A stretch of DNA of 64,000 bases, taken from the NCBI GenBank assembly GCA_963796285.1, contig CAWCKW010000012.1, positions 1,472,001 through 1,536,000 on the forward strand, read 5' to 3'. A program made the translations under genes and the position numbers. This DNA is from Nitrospirota bacterium. GTDB taxonomy: Bacteria > Nitrospirota > UBA9217. The notes beneath the pieces are model-generated. The model was not told the DNA's origin, made no database searches, and saw only the letters and a program-made list of their open reading frames with translations. Of the stretch, positions 53,796 to 63,728 are shown piece by piece; position 1 is the stretch's first letter, and each line of letters starts with the position of its first letter.

Positions 53796-53886
53796 GAATT
53801 GGAAATTTGAGATTGGAAAATAGACTGCTTACGACCGTTTCCCTTCAATTTTAAATTTTCAATTTACACTCTTCAATTTCCAATTC
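53796..53886. repeat. Inverted heptamer arrays (AATTGGA-type / TTCAATT-type), ftsY-yhaM junction
   Basis: aattgga aatttga gattgga aaataga ... ttcaatt ttaaatt ttcaatt tacactc ttcaatt tccaatt. Confidence 0.8.
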
Positions 53887-53904
53887 GACATTCGCAGAAT
53901 GTCG

Positions 53905-54960
53905 TTATATATCCAGCGGCAGCTTGCCGGACGCGTCCGCTTCACCGCCGGAGACAGCCTTTTTGCCTTTGTGCCTCTGTTCTTCACCGTCATCGAGCCC
54001 TTCCGACTGAGAGGGATAGATCAGCTGCCGGTAAAGATACCGGTCGTGCATTTTACTGTAGCCGGTCCATGCTCCCTCGGCCACATTCTCTTTCTTGAGC
54101 GTTGCCTGGAAGTTGTTGATCTTGGCCGCGAGGTCGTCCAAATAGTTGATGACGATCGCTTCCTGGATCTTCGGCCTTTTGGGAGAGCCAAACTCGTATT
54201 CTCCGTGGTGCGAGAGCATGATATGCTTGAGCAGCAGGCTCAGTTCCGCGGGGAATGCCGGGATTGCATTTACCTTCTCAACGATCATCTCGTACCCCAG
54301 GGAGATATGTCCGATAAGCCGCCCTTCGGTCGTATACTCGATCGATTTCCTGACCGCAAGTTCTTTCACCTTGCCGATGTCATGCAGGAACGCGCCCACC
54401 GTCAGCAGGTCCATGTCAATTGAGGGAAAGTGCCTGGCCACATCGCGAGCAAGCGCGACAAGCTCAACAACGTGCTCAAGCAGCCCGCCGATGTAATTGT
54501 GATGCAGCGTCTTAGCGGCCGGCGTGCGTTTGAACAATGCCATAAAAGTCGGATCGTCCAGAAAGGCGTTCATGAGCTGCCGGAGATACCCGTTGGCGAC
54601 GGCGGCCGCAACAATCCGCAGCTCTTTCACCATGTCCTCGATGTTTCGCGGCGACGTTTCGAGAAAGTTTGAAACGTCCACCCTGGAGTCATCCACCTTT
54701 TCGAGCGCCTTCATCTTTATCTGCATGGACCCCTGGTATATCGAGGCCATCCCCTTGATGCGGACAAAATCCTCGCGCGCGAACTTCCCGGAAACGTCAT
54801 CAGCGTTGTCCCACAGTCTGCCGTCGATCTCGCCGGTCTTGTCCGCGAGCTTCAGCGAAAGATAGGTCACGCCGTTCTTTGCCGTCGATATCTGCTTCGA
54901 CGTGACAAGGTAGATTTCTTCGACCCAGTCGCCTTCTTTTAACGATGCTATGGTCTGCAT
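53905..54960 (-). CDS. yhaM: OB-fold + HD domain 3'-5' exoribonuclease (YhaM/Cbf1 family)
   Basis: L.DKTGEIDGRLW, PAAKTLHH..GGLLEH, LHDIGK, GHI, SHHG..EFGSP. Confidence 0.88.
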   Translation of the reverse strand: MQTIASLKEGDWVEEIYLVTSKQISTAKNGVTYLSLKLADKTGEIDGRLWDNADDVSGKFAREDFVRIKGMASIYQGSMQIKMKALEKVDDSRVDVSNFLETSPRNIEDMVKELRIVAAAVANGYLRQLMNAFLDDPTFMALFKRTPAAKTLHHNYIGGLLEHVVELVALARDVARHFPSIDMDLLTVGAFLHDIGKVKELAVRKSIEYTTEGRLIGHISLGYEMIVEKVNAIPAFPAELSLLLKHIMLSHHGEYEFGSPKRPKIQEAIVINYLDDLAAKINNFQATLKKENVAEGAWTGYSKMHDRYLYRQLIYPSQSEGLDDGEEQRHKGKKAVSGGEADASGKLPLDI

Positions 54961-55545
54961 CAATGCTCCTTCCACATGAGACAGGATCTCACCCTACCAC
55001 CCCTTCGATGGGGGAAGAATCGGTGGCGGGGGTGATCACCGCAATGCCGAAAAAGCTACGTTTTACCCTCACTTGGTGAAGATCGCTCATCACTGTTCAT
55101 GGGTGTTTTGATAATAAACTATCGTCCCAGCATTGTCAAACGGAAAGCAGAAACGGAGCACACCAGACCACTATACAAATGCCTTTCCGCACCTTCACCT
55201 GGGTATAGGCATGCGTTCGGAAGAATCCCAGAAAATACCGGTCGCCCGACATCACCCTACTTCTCCGTCGTACTCGGCGCATCGAGAGAACATCAGGGAT
55301 TTCTGACCAGCTTGTTCATTGTTGTTAAAATCTTATAGAGGTAGGTTCCTATACATGCACGGAGGAATGGGAAGGCGGAGTTCATGATGAAAACGAACAA
55401 GGCATCGCACGCTTCAAAATCAACCAATTTGCGCTAAGGCGACAGAAAACCGAACAGTTGTTTCCCGCGAACAGGGAGCGCAGCGACAAGTCCCTTTATA
55501 CTGGGGATGAAAACAGCAGCTGTATCATTCAAGGTTTCGTAGTGA

Positions 55546-55788
55546 TTATTTCTTCTTCACGTAGACATGGTATTCTTCGCCTTGCTTGGTAAGGCCGAGA
55601 TACCCATTCCCCGTCATCCGGCACCACGCCGGCATGTCCTTTTCGATGCCTTCGTCGTCCGACTGAATCTCGAGCACCTGGCCGGTCCGCATTTCTTTGA
55701 TCTTGTTCGCGGTCTTAAAGATCGGCATGGGACAGGCAAGCCCGACACAATCGAGCACTACATCAGGTATGATCTTCTCTTCACTCAT
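55546..55788 (-). CDS. tusA: TusA/SirA-family sulfur carrier
   Basis: LDCVGLACPMP, DMPAWC. Confidence 0.9.
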   Translation of the reverse strand: MSEEKIIPDVVLDCVGLACPMPIFKTANKIKEMRTGQVLEIQSDDEGIEKDMPAWCRMTGNGYLGLTKQGEEYHVYVKKK

Positions 55789-55954
55789 ATGCTTATCGAT
55801 CTACCACCCGTCGCACCCTGCAGCAGCAATAAACAACCCGACCGGAATCCCACACTCTCAACACGATCAAATAATAAAGTCGAAACGCTCTTCCCGTTTG
55901 AATGTGAGTGGCGCAGTAATGCGTACTGACCATTCAGGATGTGTCGTGTGCGTA

Positions 55955-56383
55955 CTACTCCATCTCATTCTCGTGCCCTGTTTCAGCAGGCATTTTCACC
56001 GGCGATGTCTTGCCCTGCTTCTTGTAATAATCGTCGAGGGCGGACTTGAGCGCCTCTTCAGCCAGCACCGAGCAATGCATTTTCACTTTCGGCAGGCCGC
56101 CGAGCGCTTCAGCCACCGCGGCATTCGATATCTTGAGCGCTTCGTCGATGGACTTTCCCTTTACCAGGTCGGTAACCATACTGCTCGTGGCGATCGCCGC
56201 GCCGCACCCGAAGGTCTTGAATTTGGCATCGGTGATGATGTTGTTCTCTACCTTGATATAGAGGCGCATCACGTCACCGCACACCGGGTTACCCACGGTG
56301 CCGACGCCGTCAGCGTTCTCTATCTCGCCCACATTATGGGGCTGGGCGAAATGCTCCATCACTTTTGAGCTGTACTGTTCCAT
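55955..56383 (-). CDS. iscU: Fe-S scaffold IscU/NifU N-terminal type
   Basis: GNPVCGD, FKTFGCGAAIA, KMHCS. Confidence 0.94.
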   Translation of the reverse strand: MEQYSSKVMEHFAQPHNVGEIENADGVGTVGNPVCGDVMRLYIKVENNIITDAKFKTFGCGAAIATSSMVTDLVKGKSIDEALKISNAAVAEALGGLPKVKMHCSVLAEEALKSALDDYYKKQGKTSPVKMPAETGHENEME

Positions 56384-56393
56384 AGGTTCCTCC

Positions 56394-57578
56394 TCATTTT
56401 CCTCTTTCTTTTTTGATCATATCTTCATAGAGAGGCGACATCTCCCGCAGGCGCTGCACGATGGGAGGTAGCGTCTCTATCACGTAATCGATATCGTCCG
56501 CGGTATTGCCCATCCCGAGCGACAACAGCAGCGTCCCGTTCGCCACAGCCGCGTCCGTGCCGATGCAGGTGAGCACATGCGACGTTTTGAGCGACCGCGA
56601 GGTGCACGCGGATCCGCTCGAGACCGAGATCCCCTTCATGTTCAGGAACAGGAGCATGGACTCGCCTTCCACATACCACAGGGATATATTCAGGTTGTGC
56701 GGCAGTCTTTTAGTGGGATGGCCATTGATCACCAGGTGGTCGATCTTTTCCACGAGTCCCTTCTGGAGCCGGTCACGCAGAACGGTAAGGGTGCTCATCC
56801 GGTGTGTGATCTCAGCCGCCGCGATCTCCGCTGCCTTGCCCAGACCCACGATGGCAGGAACGTTCTCGGTGCCCGCACGTCTCCCGTCCTCCTGAATTCC
56901 GCCCTCGATCTGCGGTTTGATCCGGACGCCCTTCCGCACAAAGAGTCCGGCTGCACCCTTGGGGCCGTAGAACTGGTGGCCTGAGAACGAAAGAGCATCC
57001 ACGCCCAGCGCCTTCACCTCCACGGGGATCCACCCCGTGGTCGCAACAGCATCGGTATGGAACAGCACGCCCTTTTCTTTCGTTATCCGCCCTATCTCTT
57101 CGATCGGTTCGATGGTGCCGATCTCGTTGTTCGCGTGCATGATCGAAACGAGTATGGTTTCCTTGGTGATCGCCTTGGCAACATCATCAGGGCTCACGAA
57201 CCCCTGTTTGTCCGTCGGCAGATAGGTGACCGTGAAGCCGGATTTTTCGAGTGTCTTGACCGGATGAAGAACGGAAAAATGCTCTATTTGCGACACAATA
57301 ATATGTTTGCCCTTCTGGCTGTTCGCCTGGGCCAAACCCTTGATCGCGAAGTTATTCGACTCGGCTCCGCTTGCGGTAAAGAATATTTCGTCAGCCTTGG
57401 CCCCGATGAGCGTGCCGGTTTTGACCCGCGCCTCGTCGACGGCATTCTTCGCCTCCCTGCCGATGTCGTGCAGGTTCGAAGGATTGCCGAACTTAACCGT
57501 AAAATAAGGAAGCATGGCCTCCAGCACCTTCGGGTGGACCGGCGTTGTTGCTGCATGGTCAAGATATACGTTTCTCAT
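56394..57578 (-). CDS. iscS: Cysteine desulfurase IscS/NifS
   Basis: YLDHAATT, ANNEIG, RAGTEN, SSGSAC. The usual PLP-binding lysine motif reads SGHQFYGPKG here. Confidence 0.92.
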   Translation of the reverse strand: MRNVYLDHAATTPVHPKVLEAMLPYFTVKFGNPSNLHDIGREAKNAVDEARVKTGTLIGAKADEIFFTASGAESNNFAIKGLAQANSQKGKHIIVSQIEHFSVLHPVKTLEKSGFTVTYLPTDKQGFVSPDDVAKAITKETILVSIMHANNEIGTIEPIEEIGRITKEKGVLFHTDAVATTGWIPVEVKALGVDALSFSGHQFYGPKGAAGLFVRKGVRIKPQIEGGIQEDGRRAGTENVPAIVGLGKAAEIAAAEITHRMSTLTVLRDRLQKGLVEKIDHLVINGHPTKRLPHNLNISLWYVEGESMLLFLNMKGISVSSGSACTSRSLKTSHVLTCIGTDAAVANGTLLLSLGMGNTADDIDYVIETLPPIVQRLREMSPLYEDMIKKERGK

Positions 57579-57579
57579 G

Positions 57580-58053
57580 TCAACATGCCCCCTTTCCTGC
57601 CAAAGCCGCTTTTCTCCTCGGCTTCAGGAGGAGCGCTTCTTTCTGATTCCGCTGCAAGAGGTCATCAAAACTGATACTGTCGAGCGCTTCCTCGATTTTC
57701 GCGCCGACTTTTGCCCAGACCATTCTGGCCACGCAATCGTCCGCCTGATAGCAATCAGCCGATTCACCAGGCTCGAGACAATGGGAAAGGGCTATCGGGC
57801 CTTCCAGTACACGCACAATGTCACCGATCGTCAGTTCCGACGGCTGCCGCGCGAGTAGATATCCTCCCGCTGGACCGCGAACGCTATCGATCAATCCGGC
57901 CTTGCCAAGTTTGTGCAGAATCTGCTCAAGATAGGAAAATGAAATTCCCTGTCGTTCAGCGATCTCCTTGATTGAAATAGGCCCCTTGCCGTAATGACGC
58001 GCGATCTCGAACACCGCCCGAACTCCATATTTACCTTTTGTAGACAGCTTCAT
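57580..58053 (-). CDS. iscR: Rrf2-family regulator IscR-like
   Basis: MKLSTKGKYG, SYLEQI, SVRGPAGGY, three cysteines (C..C..C). Confidence 0.9.
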   Translation of the reverse strand: MKLSTKGKYGVRAVFEIARHYGKGPISIKEIAERQGISFSYLEQILHKLGKAGLIDSVRGPAGGYLLARQPSELTIGDIVRVLEGPIALSHCLEPGESADCYQADDCVARMVWAKVGAKIEEALDSISFDDLLQRNQKEALLLKPRRKAALAGKGAC

Positions 58054-58127
58054 ACTTTATACTCACCGGAAGTTCATTATCCAATCTTCAAACAGGATGG
58101 ATTCAGTCCTCACTGTCTGATATTAGA

Positions 58128-58160
58128 AACATATCAAAGTTGACTAATCTTGTCAAGTAT
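58128..58160 (-). promoter_or_regulatory. isc operon promoter with overlapping IscR type-1-like operator
   Basis: Minus strand ATACTTGACAAGATTAGTCAACTTT (TTGAC-N7-GTCAA) contains the -35 TTGACA; TGn-TATGTT lies 17 bp downstream. Confidence 0.78.
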
Positions 58161-58566
58161 ATTATTTTCTCGTTTTTTGCCGACAAATGCACTGGCTCTA
58201 TTCATGTTCTGAGAATAGCCGTGCATTCCGATAAATTCGAAATCCCCCTGTCCAGGGAACTGAACGTACGCAGGAATACGATCCAGGGGACCCAGAAATC
58301 CCTCGGACTACTGGAGCAAACACAACTTAACCGCTAGGTTTCACTCAGCGGATCTTCAATAAATTGATAGAGCATCCCGGATAAAGCGGCCGAAGTATTC
58401 GAATAAATTCCAGATCCAGTTCAACTATTACATGGGCGATGATAACCTGGAAAATAATGTAATGGTCGTATTGAGCTTGAGCATATACGTTTAATTGTCC
58501 CCCTGACCGCTGGTTGCTTTCGAATTTCCTTTTTACCCGTGCCTTGATTATGTTATACTCCCTTCC

Positions 58567-59386
58567 ATGCAGCAGACCAGCCCGCACAATCCGATCACCA
58601 GTAAAGACAACAATGTCATAAAACACCTTCGCTCTCTGTCCGATCCAAAACACCGGAAAAAGGAACAGGTCTTCTTGATCGAAGGCGTTAAGATGGTCGA
58701 GGAGGCGCATCCGGGACAAGGCTTGGGTCAAAATGGTCGTGGCCTCACCGGCACTCGTTCAGCATCACGGCAAAGCGGTGCTCAAGCAGGCGGAAGCCGG
58801 ATCAATCGCCATTCTCTGGATCTCGGAAAAACTGATGGACGCGGTATCGGAAAGTAAAACGCCTCAGCCGGTTTTGGCCGTGGTCGGGATGAAGGAGCAC
58901 ACTGAGGACGAACTCTTTGCCCATGGCTCGAAGCTCATCGTAATCGTTCATCAACTCCAGGACCCCGGCAATCTCGGTACCATCATCAGAACAGCCGAAG
59001 CCGTGGCCGCGGCCGGCATAGCGCTCACCCCAAATACAGTTGACCCATACAGCGCCAAGGCCATCAGGGCATCAATGGGCAGCATCCTCCGGCTTCCCGT
59101 CGTACGCGTCGGGGAAATAGAAGCATTCGTGAAGCGCTGCAAAAAGATGGGATTTCAGATTGTCGCGACCGTGGTGACCGGTGATAAGACCCCATTTGAC
59201 ATCGATCTTACAAAACCGACCGTAGTCATCTTAGGACAGGAAGGCGCCGGACTGCCACAGGACATCATGGCTGAAGTCGACCTTCGCGTTCGCATTCCCA
59301 TGGCGGAAACAATCGACTCGTTGAATGTCGCAACCTCCGCGGCGGTTATTCTCTATGAAATGATGAGGCAAAGGCTGCAACGATAG
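58567..59386 (+). CDS. TrmH/SpoU-family RNA methyltransferase, frameshift near 58710
   Basis: FLIEGVKMVEEA, QDPGNLGTIIRTA, GQEGAGL, IPM...DSLNVA. Confidence 0.9.
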
Positions 59387-59579
59387 CTTCGAGACGACGT
59401 GCATGACTTCCCTGAACTTCATCCATGTATGCAAACGCCTGAAGACTTACCAGGAACACCTAGAACACATGGGCGGCATATGACGGACCCATGCTGATAA
59501 TCAGCAAATTATGACCATTTTATCGGGGAATATAGGTATTATGCTGACTGAAAACATGCATGAACGGGAGAGTTGTAAC

Positions 59580-60468
59580 ATGTTCAATTGTTTTTTATCG
59601 AAGTATTGCTTTCTCTGCTTTCTCATCACCGCATGTGCGTTCCCCGTCGTTTCCTCCGCTGACGAAGTCGTGTCAACAACAACCGTGACCAGTAAGCAAG
59701 GCGAGCCGAAAGAGATAACGTTGAGCGAAAAGAACGTTGAGTTCCACAAGGGCTATTTCAAAGTGTATGTTACGGATTTCAAGAACATCGTCACGGCGCC
59801 TGGTCGCTGGGATTCATCGGACTGGCTCACGGCCGGGATCGTCACGGGTGATCGCCGCAGGACTGTACAACAATGATGCGAAGATCCAGAAATGGGTGCT
59901 GGACCACAAAACCACGACCACGGACAATATCGGCGACACAGTCACTTCTTGGGGCCTCACCTATACGCCGATTCTTCTCGGAGGGATGTACCTGTACGGG
60001 CATTTCGCAGACGACCCAAAAATGCGCAAGACCGTTCTGCTCACAATAGAGAGCGTTGTCTTGACCGTTATCTCTGTTGAGACGCTCAAGTATGCGGTGC
60101 AGCGGCACCGGCCCTATACCGGAGACGGTCCTCACGCCTGGGACGGCATCGGACACGGATCAAACAGCAGGCTCTCCTTCCCCTCAGGCCATGCAGCGGC
60201 GGACTTTGCCATCGCAACGGTCATCGCATCGGAGTATGACAACTACATTGTGCCGCCTCTCGTTTATACTGTCGCCACAATTACCGGTCTTACCCGTATC
60301 GCTAAAAATGACCATTGGTCATCCGATGTCTTTGCCGGCGCGGCGATCGGATATTTTACCGGCAAATTATTGGTGACTTCCCACCGTAACGACAAGGAAG
60401 ACAACCTCAGTTTGGCGCCGATGATAAACGATGGAGGCTTTGGCATGATGTTGACCCGTCGATTTTAA
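59580..60468 (+). CDS. PAP2-family phosphatase with signal peptide, frameshift near 59850
   Basis: K.AVQRHRP, SFPSGH, TRIAKNDHWSSDV. Confidence 0.85.
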
Positions 60469-60728
60469 TCCGGTATGCGTCTCACGTAGTAAGCATCATC
60501 GATATGATCGAGAACAGCGCCTTCTCCAACAATTCATCCCGACGATTAATCAAAATCAATTACACGGTTCCCGCATTCCGGCATTCCCAACGGGTATGCC
60601 GCCAGAAGCGGCGGCGCTATTCCATAACGTACTGTTTTCACTAGCCAATATAAATATTATTCTCTGTTGCAAAACTCACATTCAGAGTTATATAATACGG
60701 CGTCATTTCGCATTGGAGGTATCCAGGC

Positions 60729-61727
60729 TTGAATCGAAAAGCAGTCGCTCTCATTTCAGGGGGGCTCGATAGCGTCCTTGCTGCAAAGATCGTCATGGAG
60801 CAGGGCTTCGACATCACCGGGCTCTACTGTACCTCTGCCTTTGCTAAAAGCTATGGCCGGGAACAGGAGACCCATGCTGCCAGGGTCGCAAAGGCCATCG
60901 GTATCGAACTCCGGATTTTCGACATGGGACAGGACTATATCAATCTGATCCGTCATCCAGCTCACGGTTACGGCAAGAATGTGAACCCCTGCATCGACTG
61001 CAAGATCTTCATGCTCAAGAAGGCGAAGACCGTGATGGAAGAGCTCAACGCGCCATTCGTCGTCACCGGCGAGGTCCTCGGACAGCGGCCTATGTCCCAG
61101 CGTCGCGACACCTTTCCGGTGATCGAACGCGATGCCGACATGCGCGGTATGGTCCTCCGTCCCCTATCCGCAAAACTTCTCCCTCCCACCCAGGGCGAGT
61201 TGGACGGTGCGATCGATCGTGAAAAGCTCCTCAGCATCAGCGGCCGCGCACGAACCGTCCAGCTCCGGCTTGCCGAACGGTACGGCGTCAGCGGGTACTC
61301 CACACCGGCTGGCGGTTGTCTGCTCACCGACACGAATTTCTCGGCAAAACTGCGTGATCTATTCGATGACAGTCAATCTGTCAATCCCAATGACATCCGC
61401 CTCTTGACCGTAGGCCGCCATTACCGGATCGACTCGGGGGTCAAGATCGTCGTTGGCCGCGATAATAGCGAAAACAACGTGCTCATGTCACTCGCACCTT
61501 ACGGCTACCACCTCTTCATGCCTCAAGGTTTCCCCGGCCCCGTTGCCTTGCTGAACGGGAACCCCACACAGGACGTGAAGCAAACCATCGGACGCCTTAT
61601 CATAACTTACAGCAAGAGGGTTGCCGGCCGCACATATCACATCCGCTATGGAAATGAGGTCTTCGATCCCGGAGAACCGCTTCCGATCGACGTCACCGGC
61701 TTGCGCCGTGTTGGGGCGGATTGTTAG
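60729..61727 (+). CDS. PP-loop tRNA sulfurtransferase-like protein (ThiI/MnmA-related, DUF814-like C-terminus)
   Basis: SGGLDS, NPCIDC, TGEVLGQRPMSQ, PAGGCLLTD, GRHYR, VGRD. Confidence 0.8.
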   Translation: MNRKAVALISGGLDSVLAAKIVMEQGFDITGLYCTSAFAKSYGREQETHAARVAKAIGIELRIFDMGQDYINLIRHPAHGYGKNVNPCIDCKIFMLKKAKTVMEELNAPFVVTGEVLGQRPMSQRRDTFPVIERDADMRGMVLRPLSAKLLPPTQGELDGAIDREKLLSISGRARTVQLRLAERYGVSGYSTPAGGCLLTDTNFSAKLRDLFDDSQSVNPNDIRLLTVGRHYRIDSGVKIVVGRDNSENNVLMSLAPYGYHLFMPQGFPGPVALLNGNPTQDVKQTIGRLIITYSKRVAGRTYHIRYGNEVFDPGEPLPIDVTGLRRVGADC

Positions 61728-62050
61728 CAAACCCCCTTCCCGGAAAAACCCGAAATGCTTTACTGCAGGATTACAGAATATCTCCGATAAAAATATTTCC
61801 GCATCCCGTCAATCCCGTACATCCAGTTAACCTGCCAAGTATTCTGATTTTTCCGCCACTGTTAAGAAGACATTGATTCTTGAGACACCGTCTCCATTGC
61901 AGCCTCCATATAAATAGCTGGGCGTCCTGTGAAAAGTAACCTTCCAGTCTCTTGCGGCCGAAAAAAACATGATACAATAGAAATGAGCCAGAGTCATTGA
62001 CGTACGATAGGGCTCATATCGTGCATCAGCGGACCATTATCGTGGAGAAT

Positions 62051-63136
62051 ATGCCACAGATCACCATACAAGCGGTCACTCAGTATCTCGCGTCCCTCTA
62101 TGCCAGGTCCGTGCGCGTGCTCTCCATGACCACGGAGGGAAAGCAGGAAACCGGCGATGACCTCAAGGCCTTTGGATACGGCTCGCCCCTGTTTCTGGAG
62201 TACGAGGTCGCCGGTGAGCGGAAGAAGGCCGTACTCGAGACCATGACACCCTCGTCCTACGGTCATGACCACTTTTCAGACCGCGCTCAGGCCATCCTGT
62301 GGGAACACTCAGCGTTCAACAACCTCCCGCGTCATGTGCGCTCTCTCGACAGCGGTGCTTTTTTGGATTCAGGGGCCATCATTTCCACAGGCAAGACCCG
62401 GGAATTTTTTTTGCTGACCGAATTTGTGCAGGGAAAGGGCTATTTTAAAGACCTCGACCGGATAAGGGAATCAGGTATAGCTGAGGACAAGGATTTCACA
62501 AGGACCCGGTCCCTTTCGGATTTTCTCGTCGAGATCCACTCCACAAAACTTGATTCACCAGGACTTTATGCCAGAAGGACCCGTGAACTCCTGGGCCATG
62601 GCGAGTGCATCATGGGACTGATCGACAACTACCCGACCTCCTTTGGGTTCATCGATCAACAGCTCCTCAAGAAGATAGAGTTGGCCTGTACCGAATGGCG
62701 CTGGCACATCAAGCGCCGCACGCACCGGCTTTGCCGGGTGCACGGCGATTTCCATCCCTATAACATTTTGTTCCGTGAGGGTACGGACTTCACGCTGCTC
62801 GATCGCTCACGGGGAGAATGGGGAGAACCAGCGGATGATACCACCTGCCTGAGCATAAACTATCTTTTTTCCTCGCTCCTGCGCTCGGGAAAGCTTGACG
62901 GGCCTTTCGAAAAAATGTTCTTGTCCTTCTGGGACAATTACCTCACCAGGACAAATGACCTGGAAATGCTCGAGGTCGCAGCGCCCTTCTTCGCCTGGCG
63001 AGGGTTGGTCATAGCAAGTCCAGTCTGGTACCCGCACCTGCCCATGGCGGTGCGCCGGACCATATTTAATTTCATCCAGAACATCTTGGCTGCCGACCGG
63101 TTCGATCCACAGGACGTGAATAGGTATCTCACATGA
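62051..63136 (+). CDS. Aminoglycoside-phosphotransferase-like (APH/ChoK) kinase
   Basis: HGDFHPYNIL Brenner motif followed by LLDRS...GEPADD. The ORF extends upstream to 61997. Confidence 0.82.
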   Translation: MPQITIQAVTQYLASLYARSVRVLSMTTEGKQETGDDLKAFGYGSPLFLEYEVAGERKKAVLETMTPSSYGHDHFSDRAQAILWEHSAFNNLPRHVRSLDSGAFLDSGAIISTGKTREFFLLTEFVQGKGYFKDLDRIRESGIAEDKDFTRTRSLSDFLVEIHSTKLDSPGLYARRTRELLGHGECIMGLIDNYPTSFGFIDQQLLKKIELACTEWRWHIKRRTHRLCRVHGDFHPYNILFREGTDFTLLDRSRGEWGEPADDTTCLSINYLFSSLLRSGKLDGPFEKMFLSFWDNYLTRTNDLEMLEVAAPFFAWRGLVIASPVWYPHLPMAVRRTIFNFIQNILAADRFDPQDVNRYLT

Positions 63137-63660
63137 GCATCCAACAGGGGTTCGCTCTTTGGCTGACCGGCATCCCGGCATCGGGTAAAAGCGCCATAAC
63201 CCGGGAACTGGTGAAGAAACTGGAGATATGGGGAGTTTCCGTCGTCGTACTGGAGTCGGACGGGATGAGAAAGATCCTCACCCCTGAACCGACATACAGT
63301 CAGGAGGAGCGCGATGCCTTTTATCGGTCACTGACGCTGATCGGTGAATTGCTCACCAGAAACGGTGTGAACGTAATCTTCGATGCAACGGCGAACAAGC
63401 GGAACTACCGAGAGTATGCACGCGCGCTCATTCCTCGATTCGTAGAAGTATTCGTCTCATGCCCCCTTGACATCTGCATGCAACGGGACCCCAAAGGGAT
63501 CTACCGCAGCGCCGCCACTGGCAAGACAAGCACGGTCCCGGGCATTCAGTCGCCCTATGAACCGCCCATCAAGCCTGATATCACGCTGGATGGCCGGAAT
63601 CCACCCGAGGCATCAGCTGATACAGTTTTAGATTATCTAAAATACCTGCTATACATATAA
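63133..63660 (+). CDS. Adenylyl-sulfate kinase-like P-loop kinase
   Basis: WLTGIPASGKS, EVFVSCPL..C.QRDPKGIY, PGIQSPYEPP; ATGA overlap with the upstream gene. Confidence 0.82.
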   Translation: MSIQQGFALWLTGIPASGKSAITRELVKKLEIWGVSVVVLESDGMRKILTPEPTYSQEERDAFYRSLTLIGELLTRNGVNVIFDATANKRNYREYARALIPRFVEVFVSCPLDICMQRDPKGIYRSAATGKTSTVPGIQSPYEPPIKPDITLDGRNPPEASADTVLDYLKYLLYI

Positions 63661-63728
63661 AGAGTTCTTTCCCCCCCATTTGTGAAACTCATTTGACTGA
63701 CCTACCTCTGTCCGATACAATGCGCGTC

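Noticed and set aside
24037-53886. CRISPR interpretation of the short repeats
   Set aside because: Units are contiguous 7-mers without unique spacers, and there are no cas genes.
55040-55545. Possible tRNA, ncRNA or small gene between yhaM and tusA
   Set aside because: No cloverleaf or other recognisable motif; the 79-aa ORF lacks supporting features.
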